A stretch of 64,000 nucleotides of DNA from Octopus vulgaris (lineage: Eukaryota), in NCBI GenBank assembly GCA_951406725.2, contig OX597830.1:66712001-66776000 (forward strand), given 5' to 3'. A program made the translations under genes and the position numbers. Below, in pieces: positions 10,963-23,910 of this stretch. The notes below the pieces were generated by a model, which was given only the letters and a program-made list of their open reading frames with translations, ran no database searches and was not told the origin of the DNA. Each line of letters starts with the position of its first letter. Positions within the stretch are counted from its first letter, which is position 1.

Positions 10963-12051
10963 CAGGGTGCAAAGGGTAAATTGCAACCATTTTATAATTT
11001 TCATTTCGTGCATACACATTGATTGTTTTTGATTTTGTCGATTACACAGTATAGTAGGGTCAGTTGAGCACCATCTGGGAGAAAGACAGTACCATGATGC
11101 AATTCACTCTACCAGAAACTCTGAATTTGTTGGTGAGATCCAGGCCATGATTGATAATGGTCTCTCCAAGTCAATCAGGTCTGTTGCCAGGGACATGGGA
11201 GTGTCTGAGTTTCTCATCAGGCAGGTAGTGCATGGAAACGTTCAGCATTCCTCATACAAGATGGGAAAGGGCCAGTTCTTATCCCAAGCCATCAAGGACA
11301 AGGAGAAAAACTGCACTACACAACTGCACTACACGACTGAATATGCTTTGGTTTTTCTCATACAAGAAAAATTTCTACCAAGATCAGATGGTGAGCACAC
11401 AGAACAACCATTGGCTTGCCGAGTCCCCAAAACATATACCTAGAGTGATAAAAATCAAACATCCAGTCAACATCAAGGTGTTACAAGTGATCACTAGTGA
11501 TGGTGGCTTTATGCCTCCATTCATCTTCCCACACGACCTCAAACTCAATACAGAGGCCTACATCAAGTGTGTGGAGGCGGTAGTGCTACCCTGGGTCAAG
11601 AGGGTAGCTGCTGGAAGACCCTATGTCTGGCAACAGGACTCTGCACCATGCCACACAAGCAGGAGAACCCAGTCATGGCTGTCAGACAATTTCTGTGACC
11701 ACATAACATCTGGCCACCTAACTCACCAGACTGCAACCCCCTTGATTATTATGTGAGGGATACAGCTGAGTGACTGACCATCATAACTCCTTGAACCAAA
11801 GATAGACTGAAGGGAGAGATTATTGCAGAATTCACCAACTTAAACAAGGAGACTGCCCAGAAGAATTGCAGGAGATTCTGAAATCGTCTGGAAACTTGTG
11901 GTTGAAGGCAATGGCAATTTTATTAAATCAATTTACTCTTTAAGTATTTCAAGATATTTTTATGTAATTTTGGTAAATATATCTGTTAAAATGAGATGTG
12001 TTATTTTCATTTGTTGCCTAATTTTGATGATAATTTATTCACTGCACCTTG
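10963..12051 (+). mobile_element. Decayed Tc1/mariner-superfamily DNA transposon (maT/DD37D-like)
   Basis: TA-flanked degenerate TIR cagggtgca...tgcaccttg; HTH-like SIRSVARDMGVS; WFFSxKKNF; WQQDSAPCHTS; frameshifted WPPNSPDCNPLDYY (third catalytic residue D; a deletion prevents an exact spacing count). Confidence 0.88.
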
Positions 12052-12116
12052 TGTGTGTGAGTGCATGTATGTAGGAATATATAAAACTGGGGGAGAAGCA
12101 CACTCTAAAATGCAGA

Positions 12117-12391
12117 GCAGTTAATATTACAGTGGGGTAGGCCAGTTTATGGCGCTACCCTGGGTTTCTCATTCATAAGGGATCTATCCTTATGGCATAT
12201 CTTCAGACCCCATATTCTGCTGGCCAGAGACCTCTTTAAAATATTTTAAAGAGGTCTCAGTCCAGCAGTGTTTGGGGTCTGAAGATACACTATAAGGCTA
12301 AATCCCTTATGAGTGAGAAGCCCAAGGTAACCCCGTAAACCGGCCTACCCTACTATAATATATATACATATGTATGTATATATTTAACTGC
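12117..12391. mobile_element. Diverged Penelope-like palindrome with a hammerhead motif in each arm
   Basis: Centre tttaaaat|attttaaa at 12242/12243; arm consensus GGGGU-CUGAAGA-...-GAAA-CCCAGGG-UA-ACCCC. Confidence 0.7.
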
Positions 12392-12474
12392 ACCATAATG
12401 GTAAGATCAACAGAAAAAGTACAGTCTCAGTTGAGAAATATATACCATTTAATAAACATGTATTGTGTTTATTA

Positions 12475-12514
<40 letters not shown>

Positions 12515-12609
12515 GCACATATATGTAATATATATTCATAAATACATGTGTTTGTATGTATATATAAATTGTGTGTGTGTGTGTGTGTGTCAGTGTAGAT
12601 GTATGTATG

Positions 12610-12659
<50 letters not shown>

Positions 12660-13301
12660 GAGGGAATATTATTCCTAACTTCATCATCATCATCATCATT
12701 TAGCGTCTGCTTTCCATGCTAGCATTTGTTGGATGGGTCAACTGGGGTCTGTGAAGCTGGAAGGCTTCGTCAGGCCCAGTCAGATCTGGCAGTGTTTCTA
12801 CGGCTGGATGCCCTTCCTAACGCCAACCACCCCATGAGTGTAGTGGGTGTTTTTTACGTGCCACCTGCACAGGTGCCAGACAGAGCTGGCAAACGGCCAC
12901 GAACGGATGGTGCTTTTACATGTCACCGGCACGGGGCCAGGCGATGCTGGCAACGAACACGAACGGATGGTGCTTTTACGTGCCACCGACACGGGGCCAG
13001 ACAGAGCTGGCAAACGGCCACGAACGGATGGTGCTTTTACGTGTCACCGGCACGGGGGCCAGCTGAGGCTGGCAACTTACAGGGGAAAATTCAGTTTAGA
13101 AATACTAAATCAAATTTCACAAACTATAATATATATATAAAAATTAGAAAAAACCACCTTTTATCAATTCAAAATGAACAATTATATTACACCATCTAGA
13201 AAATTACATATAATAGAAATATTAAATATGCAATAATAATAATATACCAATGATTAAGTAATGTGCAAAATAATAAATAAAACGTATATATTTGGTATAT
13301 A

Positions 13302-13597
13302 TATGAGGCTGATTAAAAAGTAAGCAACGCTCTGAAACATGAAATTCATCACAATATATTTCAAAATGCAGAAATTTTATTCATCAAAGTAAGTACCATT
13401 ACAATCTACACATTTTTGCCAACGAGTTACAAGTTTGTTTATTCCGGTTACATGAAAATCTGGAGTTCTGGAGCTGATGAACTCTTTGAGTGCACTTTCA
13501 GCATTGGCTTGATTTTTGAACTCCTTCTCTAGCAGGAGACTATCAAGGTGCTTGAAAAAGTGGCAGTCGTTAGGAGAAAGGTCTGGGGAATAATTTA
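13302..13597 (-). mobile_element. mariner transposase C-terminal fragment with terminal repeat
   Basis: YSPDLSPNDCHFFKHL...GINKLVTRWQKCVDCNGTYFDE, the mariner YSPDLAP-D and RWQKCV motifs. Confidence 0.9.
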
Positions 13598-13600
13598 TGC

Positions 13601-13645
<45 letters not shown>

Positions 13646-13798
13646 CATAAATTGTTATTAATCTAAACAAGTGAAGGAATAAAAGAGTTAAATTTCAAAA
13701 TGGACACAAAATAAATTATAATTAATTAGAATTTAATTATATTTTGAAATACAAGAATTCACTTGACCAGTTTCACATTAGATTTTCAAAAGTGTATA

Positions 13799-14210
13799 GG
13801 TGCGGGAGTGGCTGTGTGGTAAGTAGCTTGCTTACCAGCCACATGGTTCTGGGTTCAGTCCCACTGCGTGGCACCTTGGGCAAGTGTCTTCTGCTATAGC
13901 CCCGGGCCGACCAATGCCTTGTGAGTGGATTTGGTAGATGGAAACTGAAAGAAGCCTGTCGTATATATGTATATATATATAAGTGTGTGTGTTTGTGTGT
14001 CTGTGTTTGTCTCCCTAGCATTGCTTGACAACCGATGCTGGTGTGTTTATGTCCCCGTCACTTAGCGGTTCAGCAAAAGAGACCGATAGAATAAGTACTG
14101 GGCTTACAATGAATAAGTCCCGGGGTCGATTTGCTTGATTAAAGGCGATGCTCCAGCATGGCCGCAGTCAAATGACTGAAACAAGTAAAAGAGTAAAAGA
14201 GTAAAAGAGA
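13799..14210 (+). mobile_element. tRNA-derived SINE family A, full length
   Basis: Head ggagtggctgtgtggtaagtagcttgcttacc...gggttcagtccc (A/B boxes), internal (TA)(TG) tract, tail (gtaaaaga)n; many copies in the window. Confidence 0.9.
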
Positions 14211-14453
14211 GTGTAAGTTGTTGTGTCATGAATTATGTATATTCTGGCCATTGTTATAAAAATAGTTATTTTTAAAGTAGAATGCAGTAGACAGATGGAC
14301 GAACAGACAGACAGATAGATAGATAGATATAGATATATAGATCTTGATATATGCATATATTTACATAAAGGTATGTTAATTCTTTCAGTTTTCAGGTTAA
14401 ATCATTGCTGTATCATTGCATCTTTCAAAATATTCCATTTTTGTTTTTTTCAG

Positions 14454-14503
14454 TTATGTTCCGCTTATATGACAGTGATAACAATGGTTACCTGGACTCC
14501 AAT
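14454..14503 (+). CDS. DGKB: DGK exon (EF-hand 1): xMFRLYDSDNNGYLDSN
   Basis: Acceptor ttttttcag, donor gtaagt; 50 nt, phase 1 to 0; EF loop DSDNNGYLDSN(E). Confidence 0.95.
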
Positions 14504-15321
14504 GTAAGTGTACTTCTGTGATTTCATTGTTTCTCTTCTGATAAATGGTAAAATGATTCACTGAAATAATTACACTAATGCAGATGAGCCACATATTTTT
14601 ATGTTTAATGCTGAAAATAACTGTTTTAAGCAATTACAGAGCTGTAAACAGAATCTGTGTCGGTATCTGGTTTCACATCTTCAGGGATATTGGGAATTGA
14701 TATCATGCCCAATAAAGTGTACTTGTGGGTTCAAAGAATGAATTAATGCTTATTATTCTTATGTTTCTTCATTATTGATACCTAAAAATATTTTTTGGCT
14801 CACTGTATGAAGGAGGTTAGGGAGCCACATAAGTATAAAAATACATACATGCATGATGGACTCCCTCATCAAAGGTGACGTATGAGCATTCAGCTTTTGC
14901 CAAACGACCTGCAAAAATGATTTGTTTATAATGATCAAATGTTTGTGCCACACATTATCTCGCTCCTTCCATCAAATCAACACAGCCTGAACATGTTCAT
15001 GGTGTACCACATGTTTAAGTATTGAAGTGCTCATAGAACAACATGAGAAGAGGTGTTTTGCTCAAGAACACAATGCACTGTCCGGTCTAGGAACTGAAAC
15101 CACGATCTTGTGGCTGTGAGTGCAACACCCTAACCACTAGGCCATCTAATAACAATTAGATAATGGTCAGCACTGAGCCTGAAGGAATGCTTGGAGACAC
15201 ATGGCATGTTATATAAATCTGCCAAATTGTTGTGTTGCTATGGTAGGAAATTATTAGTAGCTCTTTTGTAAATTCTGTGAATAATAAATGCTAAATACAT
15301 ATATATACGTATACTTGTGTA

Positions 15322-15368
<47 letters not shown>

Positions 15369-16215
15369 TTATATATATTTATATATATATATATATATAT
15401 ATATCATCATCATCATCATCGTTTAACGTCCGCTTTCCATGCTAGCATGAGTTGGACGATTTTGACTGAGGGCTGGCGAACCAGATGGTTGCACTAGGCT
15501 CCAATCTTGATTTAGCAGAGTTTCTACTGCTGGATGCCCTTCCTAATGCCAACCATTCCGAGAGTCTAGTGGGTGCTTTTTATGTACCACCAGCACAGGT
15601 GCCAGTAAGGCAACTTTGGTAACGATCACGTTCGAATGGTGCCCTTTTTCGTGCCACTGGCACGGAAGCCAGTTGGCTGCTCTGGCAACGATCACGCTCG
15701 GATGGTGCTCTTGACACCCTACTAGCACGGGCACAAGTGCCAGTAAGGTGACGCTGGTAACGATCACGCTCGAATAGTGCCCTTTAAGTGCCACTGGCAC
15801 GGAAGCCGGTTAACCGCTCTGTCAATTATCACGCTCGTATGGTGCTCTTTGCACCCTGCCAGCACAGACGCCAATCATCGAATTTGATTTTGATTTATAT
15901 ATATAAATGTTTAGAAAGTTGTTTGTTATGGTTGGACAGAGTGACCAATGTGTCTACACTTATAAGGTACTTAGCTATATAGGCAACCTATAGGTGCAAA
16001 ACCAATGGTCACTTTCTGACCGGTCAAAGCAAACAACTTTCTAAATACACAACTGCTGTAATGTTTTAGAGTGTCCTTCTTTTTCAGATACATGAGCAAC
16101 TGACCTCTGTGTATGTGTGTGTGTGTGTGTGTGTGTGCGTGTGTGTGTGTTAGAAAGACCATGAGTATTTAGTTTGACTATTTGAATGTCTAATTGTTAT
16201 TTGTTTCATATTCAG

Positions 16216-16290
16216 GAAATTGATTGTATCATCAACCAAATGATGTCAGTTGCTGAGTACCTTGGTTGGGATGTTTCCGAGCTAAAACCG
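16216..16290 (+). CDS. DGKB: DGK exon: EIDCIINQMMSVAEYLGWDVSELKP
   Basis: ttcag acceptor, gtaagt donor; 75 nt, phase 0-0; matches the type I DGK motif QMMxVAEYLxWDVxEL. Confidence 0.95.
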
Positions 16291-16904
16291 GTAAGTATAA
16301 AGCTTTTCTAAAAAGTTTTCTCTTATGTATTAAATACTTTGAAATACCATATTTTCTAGCAAATAAATTAATGTAGTATATAGTGTATACATGTAGTGTA
16401 ATATTGTTTCCAAATCACATGAAATTTCACATGGAATTTTTGGTTTTCCAAAGTCATCTTGGTGCATAAGCCCACCTACCTTTATTGGGTGTAAATTTTG
16501 GTTTCAAAAGTTCGACTTGTATGCTGGAAAATACAGCAGCAGTTTTTTCTCGGTTTTATCCGTGTCTGAAACAAGTGTGATAATTGTATTGTAGGATTTG
16601 AACTACCTGAAAAGGGAATTATCTCTGTCACTGATCAGCATATTCTAATATGAATTTAGTTTAAACTTGGGTTAGAAATAGCACTAATAAGGAAAATTGT
16701 TGTGTTGTGACCCCCTTCGGTCATGACTGACCATGGGATTGCACCTAGAAAATTACCCTCCGAAGCACAAGTCTGGGCAAAGTTGTTTACGGAAGACCAA
16801 CAGTTACCCATGCATACCAGCCCCCATTCTCCACGCCACCGATGTTATCCAAGGGAAAGGCAAAGACCGATACAGCTTGGCACCAGTGACATCATAGCTC
16901 ATTT

Positions 16905-17216
16905 ATTAACGTGCAAGTGGCTGAGCACTCCACAGACACGTGTACCCTGAACGTAGTTTTGCGGGAGATTCAGTGTGACACAGTGTGTGACAAGGCTGGC
17001 TCTTTGAAATACAGATGCAAACGAAACAGGAAGAAAAAGTGAGAGAAAGTTGTGGTGAAAGAGTACAGCAGGGGTTCACCACCACCTCCTGCTGGAGCCT
17101 CATGGAGCTTTAGGTGTTTTCGCTCAATAAACACTCACAGTGCCCGGTCTGGGAATTGAAACCGTGATCCTACGACTGTGAGTCCACTACCCTAACCACT
17201 GGGCCATTGCGCCTCC
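16905..17216 (-). mobile_element. tRNA-derived SINE family B, tail type 2 (3'-truncated)
   Basis: Head ggaggcgcaatggcccagtggttaggg on the minus strand; body shared with 38346-38728. Confidence 0.85.
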
Positions 17217-19657
17217 ACAATAAGGAAAATAATGATTCCTTAATTGATTGTCAACTTTGGCCTTCACTCATCCGTATAGTTGGTAATAACCATAAGTGCC
17301 ATTGACCCTTTTATTGCAGAAACCAAAATTATCCACTCAAAATTTCATTACCATTATCTTCAGAAACAGAAAGCAGTTTTATGTACAAGTCTATCTTTTG
17401 TTGAAGAATGTTTTGTTTGGAATTTTTTTCTGTTGAGATATGTCAAGTTTATTAGTACCAATTCAGTTTTTTTGGTAAATATTTAAAAATAATATTTAGA
17501 ATAACCGTGAAACTTATTTTCACAGTGACAGGGGTTAATACAGTGTGAACATTGCACTATCTGTTATACTGCTCTATCCCAAGACCTGTAGAGGGATTGT
17601 TAGAAATAGCTACCGAACCCCTCTCAAATTATGCAATGTTGCATTAAATAGTGAAGGACAGACACATTGGTTGCTGTAGTCTGATCTTCTACATCCAGAA
17701 TCTGTCAAAGAAGATAATTTTGTCATTTGATTCTAGTTAAAACTAAAGTTTTTTGTATACTTTGCCAAGATGAAACTGAATTTGTTGGGGTGTGGGGATT
17801 TGTCAAATACCATTGCTTTTACTAAATAGAAGTGAAACTTGAGTATAAACAAAAGTATTGTCAAATAAATTAGAAGTCTTTGAGATACTGACGTATAGAC
17901 AAAAGTAAGCTGGAAATTAATGAAATAATGTTCTTAAATGCGGAAAAATAAATTCTAATATGTCTGGTTGATGCAGAATATGTTCAAATGGCTCTGAAGT
18001 TATAACAGCTGTTGATTGTAAAATTTACTTTCTATAAGTTGTTATACTGCTGGCCATGTCGTTGCATTGCTTGTTGGTTGTGTTTTATTGCATACTGCAT
18101 AGCTGCAGGAGCAGTCTTTGTCACCACTGTGCTATTTGGTTACTGAACTGAGATCACTGCCAATGATTAGCCATACCCATTTATATAACATCACACTAAT
18201 CACTGATTGGCTGAGAAGAATTTATTAGATTACTTCAGCCATCTAGTAAATTTGTTTGAACAAGTTTACATCACTGTCAAACCATAAATAATGTTTTTCC
18301 CTCTTCCAGAAAGATTCAGTGCAAGATATTTGACTAACTAATTGTCTGTATTTGCAACAGCCTTACATCTCACTCTCTTTATTGCTCACTAATGAAGTAA
18401 AGGAAATTTGATTATACTAATCAAAGAGATTGCAAAGAACTGAACATAAGCTGAACCAAAATGCTCCACTGATTTTTTATTAAGTGGTATGTTAAGGATC
18501 AGTGTTTGTATACACATCTTTAAGTGTGCACAACAATGGGAATTTCTCATGGCTGAGTAAGTCACCTGTTTCTGTGTGCATGTGTATGATAAATTCCATA
18601 TGGAATTGACTATTGTATAACAACCATTACATGAGCAATCTGGACCAAAAGCCAGTGACCAGATTCAGTAGCAAGAGATCATTAATAGACCTTGACCCAA
18701 GGTTGAACATTCCAAGATGATTTAGTACAGTCTCCCATCAGGTACTGAAACTATGTACAATAAATTATCTTACTAAGAAACAATAAGATGCCAGACTAAG
18801 ACTTCAGTTCAAGTGCAGATAATCCAATACCCTATCAATTTAATTGTCTCACCTTTACAATGCTCTATAAAATAAATTACTATTTGAGACAATATCCTAC
18901 ATTCTTGGATGGTTAATTAAATCTGTTATCTTGCTTAATACCTTCTAAAAGTCCTTGGACACCTTTAATAGAATCCATTCACTCTTTTGTAAGTATTAAG
19001 GCCAGGCCTCTAGTCTAAGTATGGCTCTCTCATTTCTAGCCCTCTGAGGTTTCAAAGGGGATCGTAAACACAACCCTTCTTCTGACTAATCTATAGAGGA
19101 CAAACAAAAAATTTTTTAAAATTATTTTTTAATAAAGTCTTTGTTTTAGTCGTGAGAGTTCTAAGTGCTATTGATTGTTATTTTCCTGAGAGCAGATTCT
19201 CTTTCAAAACTACAAATGACCAATAAATTAATTGCCCTCTACTTTGAAATTGTTCTTCACTAGAAGCAGATGAAATAAACATCAGAAATGCTTTGCTCCA
19301 TGAAGAAATTGCAGGGGCTACATAGAAGTATTACAAGTTCTTTTTTTCTGAATTCATTGCAAATGTTGGACTCCCTTCTGTATCATAATCAGATATCTTT
19401 GGGTCTCGAGTCTTTTGCCCCTTTACCTATCTGCTTCACCTGGATGGGGCAGCAAGGATTGAATTAATTTTTGCCTGTGAAATGGTTCCATTTGTGGTCA
19501 CTTGTCAATCACAGCCACTTTGAGCCGGTTTCAATATCATTATTAAAAATGAGATTTTATTTAATAATCTGCAAAATTACAACCTCACTTTGCCTCATTA
19601 GAAGCTGTCTTTCTTTCCTGATTGTTCATATCTGCAACAGTTGCTTTATATAGAATA

Positions 19658-20245
19658 CTAGCAGTATCGCCCGGCGTTGCTCGGGTTTGTAAGGGAAATA
19701 ACTATATAAGCATTTTTAGAGATGTAAAGTATAATAGCCATCTCAATATGGCTAACCACAAAGGGGGGGGGGGTGTTACTGTACCTTTTTACGTTCTGAG
19801 ATTTAATAATAGATTTTTAGAAAGCCGCAGCTTGATATTGACATTTTGTAGACGTAGTATGACTGTTCTTATATACTTTTGTATATTGATGAGGTTCATA
19901 AAATAACTATTATTAATTTTATTAAGTGGCTGAAACCAAATAAGCACTAGACTTTTAATCTAGCTATGATTATATAATCCTTAATGGTATTATATTTTAT
20001 ATAAGAAAATTTACTTCCCTTATATATGCCAAAAATGCATTAAAAATGGGAAAAATTGATGGTAAATTTTTTTTTTAAATCGTAGACTCATCGTAGATGC
20101 GTGCTAATACCCAGAAGGGCTCGATATGAATCATGACTATAAGATACCTGGTTTTGGTTAAACTGCACTGCAAAATGTTGGAGTAGTTAGGAATCTAAAT
20201 CGTAGGAGACAGACACTCACACAACCTCACTTTTATATATAAAGA
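19658..20245 (-). mobile_element. Non-autonomous Helitron-type element, copy 2, with ~185-bp extra internal segment
   Basis: Same termini and body as 4603-4996; extra sequence at about 19821-20008. Confidence 0.75.
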
Positions 20246-20662
20246 TTATTAAGTCTTGTTTTGTCTTCTTTTTTTTACCCCTTTATCTTCTCTGCTGTTT
20301 ATACATAAATAAAGACAATCAAAAATGTATTTACATATTGTCTAATTTTGTTGAATAAATTTGTGATTATTACTGTCTTCCTTTTAAAAATGTCACTAAA
20401 ACATAGCATTTTGTACTAATAATACTATCCATATATAGTATTATATATGGATAGCATCAGTGGTGTGAAGAGGAGAGACTGGTATGCATGGGCAACTGCT
20501 GGTCTTTTATTACCTGGATTTGTGCTTTGGAGGGTAACTTTCTAGGTGCAATCCCATGGTCATTCATAACTGAAGGGTGGGGCTTTACTTTTCTTTTTTT
20601 ATATTGCCTTCAACTTCTGTAGAAATCTAACTGCTTTGCCTTGTTATTATGCATATTGACAG

Positions 20663-20782
20663 ATTCTGCAAGACATGATGAGAGCCATTGACTACGATTC
20701 CGATGGAAGAGTGACCCTTGAAGAATGGAAGAAAGGTGGCCTTACAACAATCCCGCTTTTAGTCCTGCTTGGTCTTGATGTT
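20663..20782 (+). CDS. DGKB: DGK exon (EF-hand 2): [40 protein letters not shown]
   Basis: gacag acceptor, gtaagt donor; 120 nt; EF loop [12 protein letters not shown] and the [11 protein letters not shown] motif. Confidence 0.96.
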
Positions 20783-20910
20783 GTAAGTATTCTTGAAATT
20801 TTATGAATTCCTGCACCAAGTAAACCTTGAAAACAATAAAATATATTAAAATGAAAATTCCACTTTCACCTTTCCAGGGTCGATCAAATAAATACCAGTA
20901 TTACAGTGTT

Positions 20911-20981
<71 letters not shown>

Positions 20982-21077
20982 TAAGTACTGGGGCTAATTT
21001 GTTTCAGTAAATGCTGCAAAGTAATGTCTCAGCATGGCCACAGGCCAGTGACTGGAACAAGTAAAAAATAAAAGGCA

Positions 21078-21110
<33 letters not shown>

Positions 21111-21417
21111 ATCAAGTGATCACGTGACCGACCAGGCTATCAGATGTTGTTACACATCGCTGGTCACAATGCGCTTCGCATTGTTTTAGCATTCAAATGA
21201 CGCCACCCTGCTGGCTAAGCGAGCAGGCCAACAGAAGAAAGAGTGAGAGAAAGTTGTGGCGAAAGAGTACAGCAGGGATCGCCACCACCCCCTGCCAGAG
21301 CCTTGTGGAGCTTTAGGTGTTTTCGCTCAATAAACACTCACAACGCCCGGTCTGGGAATCGAAACCGCGATCCTACGACCGTGAGTCCACTGCCCTAACC
21401 ACTGGGCCATTGCGCCT
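21111..21417 (-). mobile_element. SINE family B, tail type 1
   Basis: Reverse complement of 24411-24720. Confidence 0.88.
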
Positions 21418-21782
21418 GCACATATATATGTATATATATATATTTGTGTGTATGTATGTATGAAGGTGCGTGGCCTAGTGGTTAGGCTGTAACACTCATG
21501 ATCACTAGTTCGTGGGCTCGATTCCCTGGCTGGACAACACATTGTGTTCTTGAGCAAAATTCTTTATTTCACATTGTTCCAGTCCTCCTTTGATCAGGAG
21601 GGAATGTTGGCCTGCTTGCCCGGCCAGCGGGGTGGCATCATTTGAAGGCTAAAACAATGCAAAAAATAGCGTGTTGTGACCAGCAATGTGTAACAACATC
21701 TGATAGTCTGATCGATCATGTGATTATGTGATATATAAGTATATATACATAAATATATATATATATTAACATAGATAAAAAA

Positions 21783-22011
21783 GGCAGCGAGCTGGCAGAC
21801 ACGTTAGTGTGCCGGGCAAAATGCTTAGCGGTATTTCGCCTGTCGTTACGTTCTGAGTTCAAATTCCACCAGGGTTGACTTTGCCTTTCATCCTTTTGGG
21901 GTTGATAAATAAAGTACCATTTTCGCACTGGGGTCGATGTAATTGAATTAATCCGTTTGTCTGTCCTTGTTTGTCCCCTCTGTGTTTAGCTCCTTGTGGT
22001 CAATAAAGAAA
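21783..22011 (+). mobile_element. SINE family C monomer
   Basis: ggcagcgagctggcagacacgttag...gagttcaaattcc...aataaagaaata; another monomer at 45487-45717 (-) and many decayed copies at 55100-59670. Confidence 0.85.
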
Positions 22012-22112
22012 TATATATATATATATATACATAGATATGTGTGTGTGTTATGTAAAATATGTACATGTATGTGCATGATGTAAAATATATAAATGTACGT
22101 GTGATATTATAC

Positions 22113-22147
<35 letters not shown>

Positions 22148-22235
22148 TGTCGTGTTTGTGCGTATTCAGGATGTATGTGTGTGCTTGTATTTGTGTGACT
22201 TTTTAAAAATTTAATCTGTAATTTTCTACTTTCAG

Positions 22236-22353
22236 AATGTCAAAGACGATGGTACACATTGTTGGTATCTAAAGCATTTTCGTTCCCAGATGTCTTGTAA
22301 TATGTGTAAATCTGTTTTGTCTGGTATGGGAAAAAAAGGATTATGTTGCCAAT
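22236..22353 (+). CDS. DGKB: DGK exon (C1A, first part): NVKDDGTHCWYLKHFRSQMSCNMCKSVLSGMGKKGLCCQ
   Basis: ctttcag acceptor, gtaagt donor; 118 nt, phase 0-1; H-x12-C-x2-C-x13-C spacing. Confidence 0.95.
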
Positions 22354-22842
22354 GTAAGTCGACAGCTTATTAATTACAAACTTTAACGAACTGTCTGTGT
22401 CTTGCCGAGATGTTTAATTTTAATTGGTTTGTGTTTTTATTGGTTTTTTTTAATTTTTCACTATGTATCTTATTTAAGTTTGGAAAATAATACAAATAAA
22501 TGAACTGACAAATACCAATGTTATGTTGAAAGATATTGTCTAGATGAAGATGTTTACTTTGGCTTAGAGAGTATTTTTTAAAGAAAAGTTAATCTTCACA
22601 GAGGCCTCAAGATTCCAAAGTCTCCAGTCATTGACTTTGGATTCTGCAGCATTATACAAAATGTTAGTCTATCACATGTAGCATAACTTTCCCCAAACGT
22701 TCTATTTCCCTGTTCTTTTGTATGGCTTAATCAGTTATGCCTCATGGAATTAAAATTCTCCCACTCAGAGTATGATACAACTAAAACCTTGCTATGAATT
22801 CAAACTCGTGGATAATAAACAAGTAGGTCTCTTACTATATCT

Positions 22843-23195
22843 TACTTGTACTTGTGGCGACATTCACCCTGGGCGGGTTGAGTCGGCCTCTTCTACCACC
22901 CTCGAAGCATCTCGAACCATGGCAGTGGAAGAAGTTTTGTGGGAATATGAATTTCACAAGCGGTCCCCAACAATCCCGCATGTAGAGACATTGTGTTTGC
23001 CGCAGATCGTTCGCAGACGCAGGGATAGAATGACCGAGGAGCCGCCGGTTGCCGAGACAGACACTCCGACGATTTTCACCAGAGCCCCGTCTGCCAGGTT
23101 TTGGCCCTAATACCACTCGGTGTCAGACCAATCTGCCTTGAGTGGCCCTACCAGGAACCGAAGTTCCCGACGGCCTAGCTCTGACACTACCCGTT
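22843..23195 (-). mobile_element. Short GC-rich non-autonomous RTE-related retroelement
   Basis: Minus strand ends in (caagta)n; its 5' part cctggtagggccactcaaggcagattggtc resembles RTE 5'UTR motifs as I recall them. Confidence 0.5.
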
Positions 23196-23324
23196 GCCAG
23201 CGTCCCCACCACAGTATCTACTGTGCCATTGTGCCATTTTACTCCTAGGCCTACTATGTTTTGTTACTCTATATACCAGAGTATACAGGTTTAAATTATA
23301 TGACATGATTTCATATGATGATTT

Positions 23325-23910
23325 ATCATCATCATTTAACGTTCATTGTCCATGCTCGCATGGGTTGGATGGCTTGACTGGGCTGGCATGCTGGAAGGCT
23401 GCACCAGACTCCAGTCTGATTTGGCATGGTTTTCTACAGCAGGATGCCGTTCCTAATGCAAACCACTCCGAGAGTTTAATGGGTGTCTTTATGTGCCAGT
23501 GGGATGGGTGCCATTTGCATGACACTGGTATCTGCTATGACTGTGATTTTGCTCAGCTTGATGGGTTTTCTTCTCAAGCATAACATAATGCCAAAGGTCT
23601 TGAGTTTTGGGCCTCACAGAGGCAATGACCAAGACCTTTGGCATTATGTCGTGCTTGAGAAGAAGACCCATCAAGCTGAGCAAAATCGCAGTCGTGGCAG
23701 ATACCAGTGTTACACAAATGGAACCCATGCCAGTGGCACATAGAACCACCGATTACACTCTTGGAGTGGTTGGTGTTAGGAAGGGCATCCAACTGTAGAA
23801 AACCATGCCAAATCAGACTGGAGTCTGGTGCAGCCTTCCAGCTTACCATTCCTGGTCAAACTGTCCAACCCATGCCAACATGGACAACAGATGTTAAATG
23901 ATGTTGGTGA
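23325..23910. repeat. Head-to-head inverted pair of RTE/family D 3' ends (about 280-bp arms, 27-nt spacer)
   Basis: Arms 23325-23602 and 23630-23910; both encode DLWHYVxLEKKTHQAEQ and end in (GAT)n-like tails pointing outward. Confidence 0.88.

Noticed and set aside
11232-11756. Functional or domesticated transposase
   Set aside because: Frameshifts, loss of the first catalytic Asp and deletions
18340-19440. Possible old LINE coding relic
   Set aside because: No motif I could identify with confidence; needs a tblastn or HMM search
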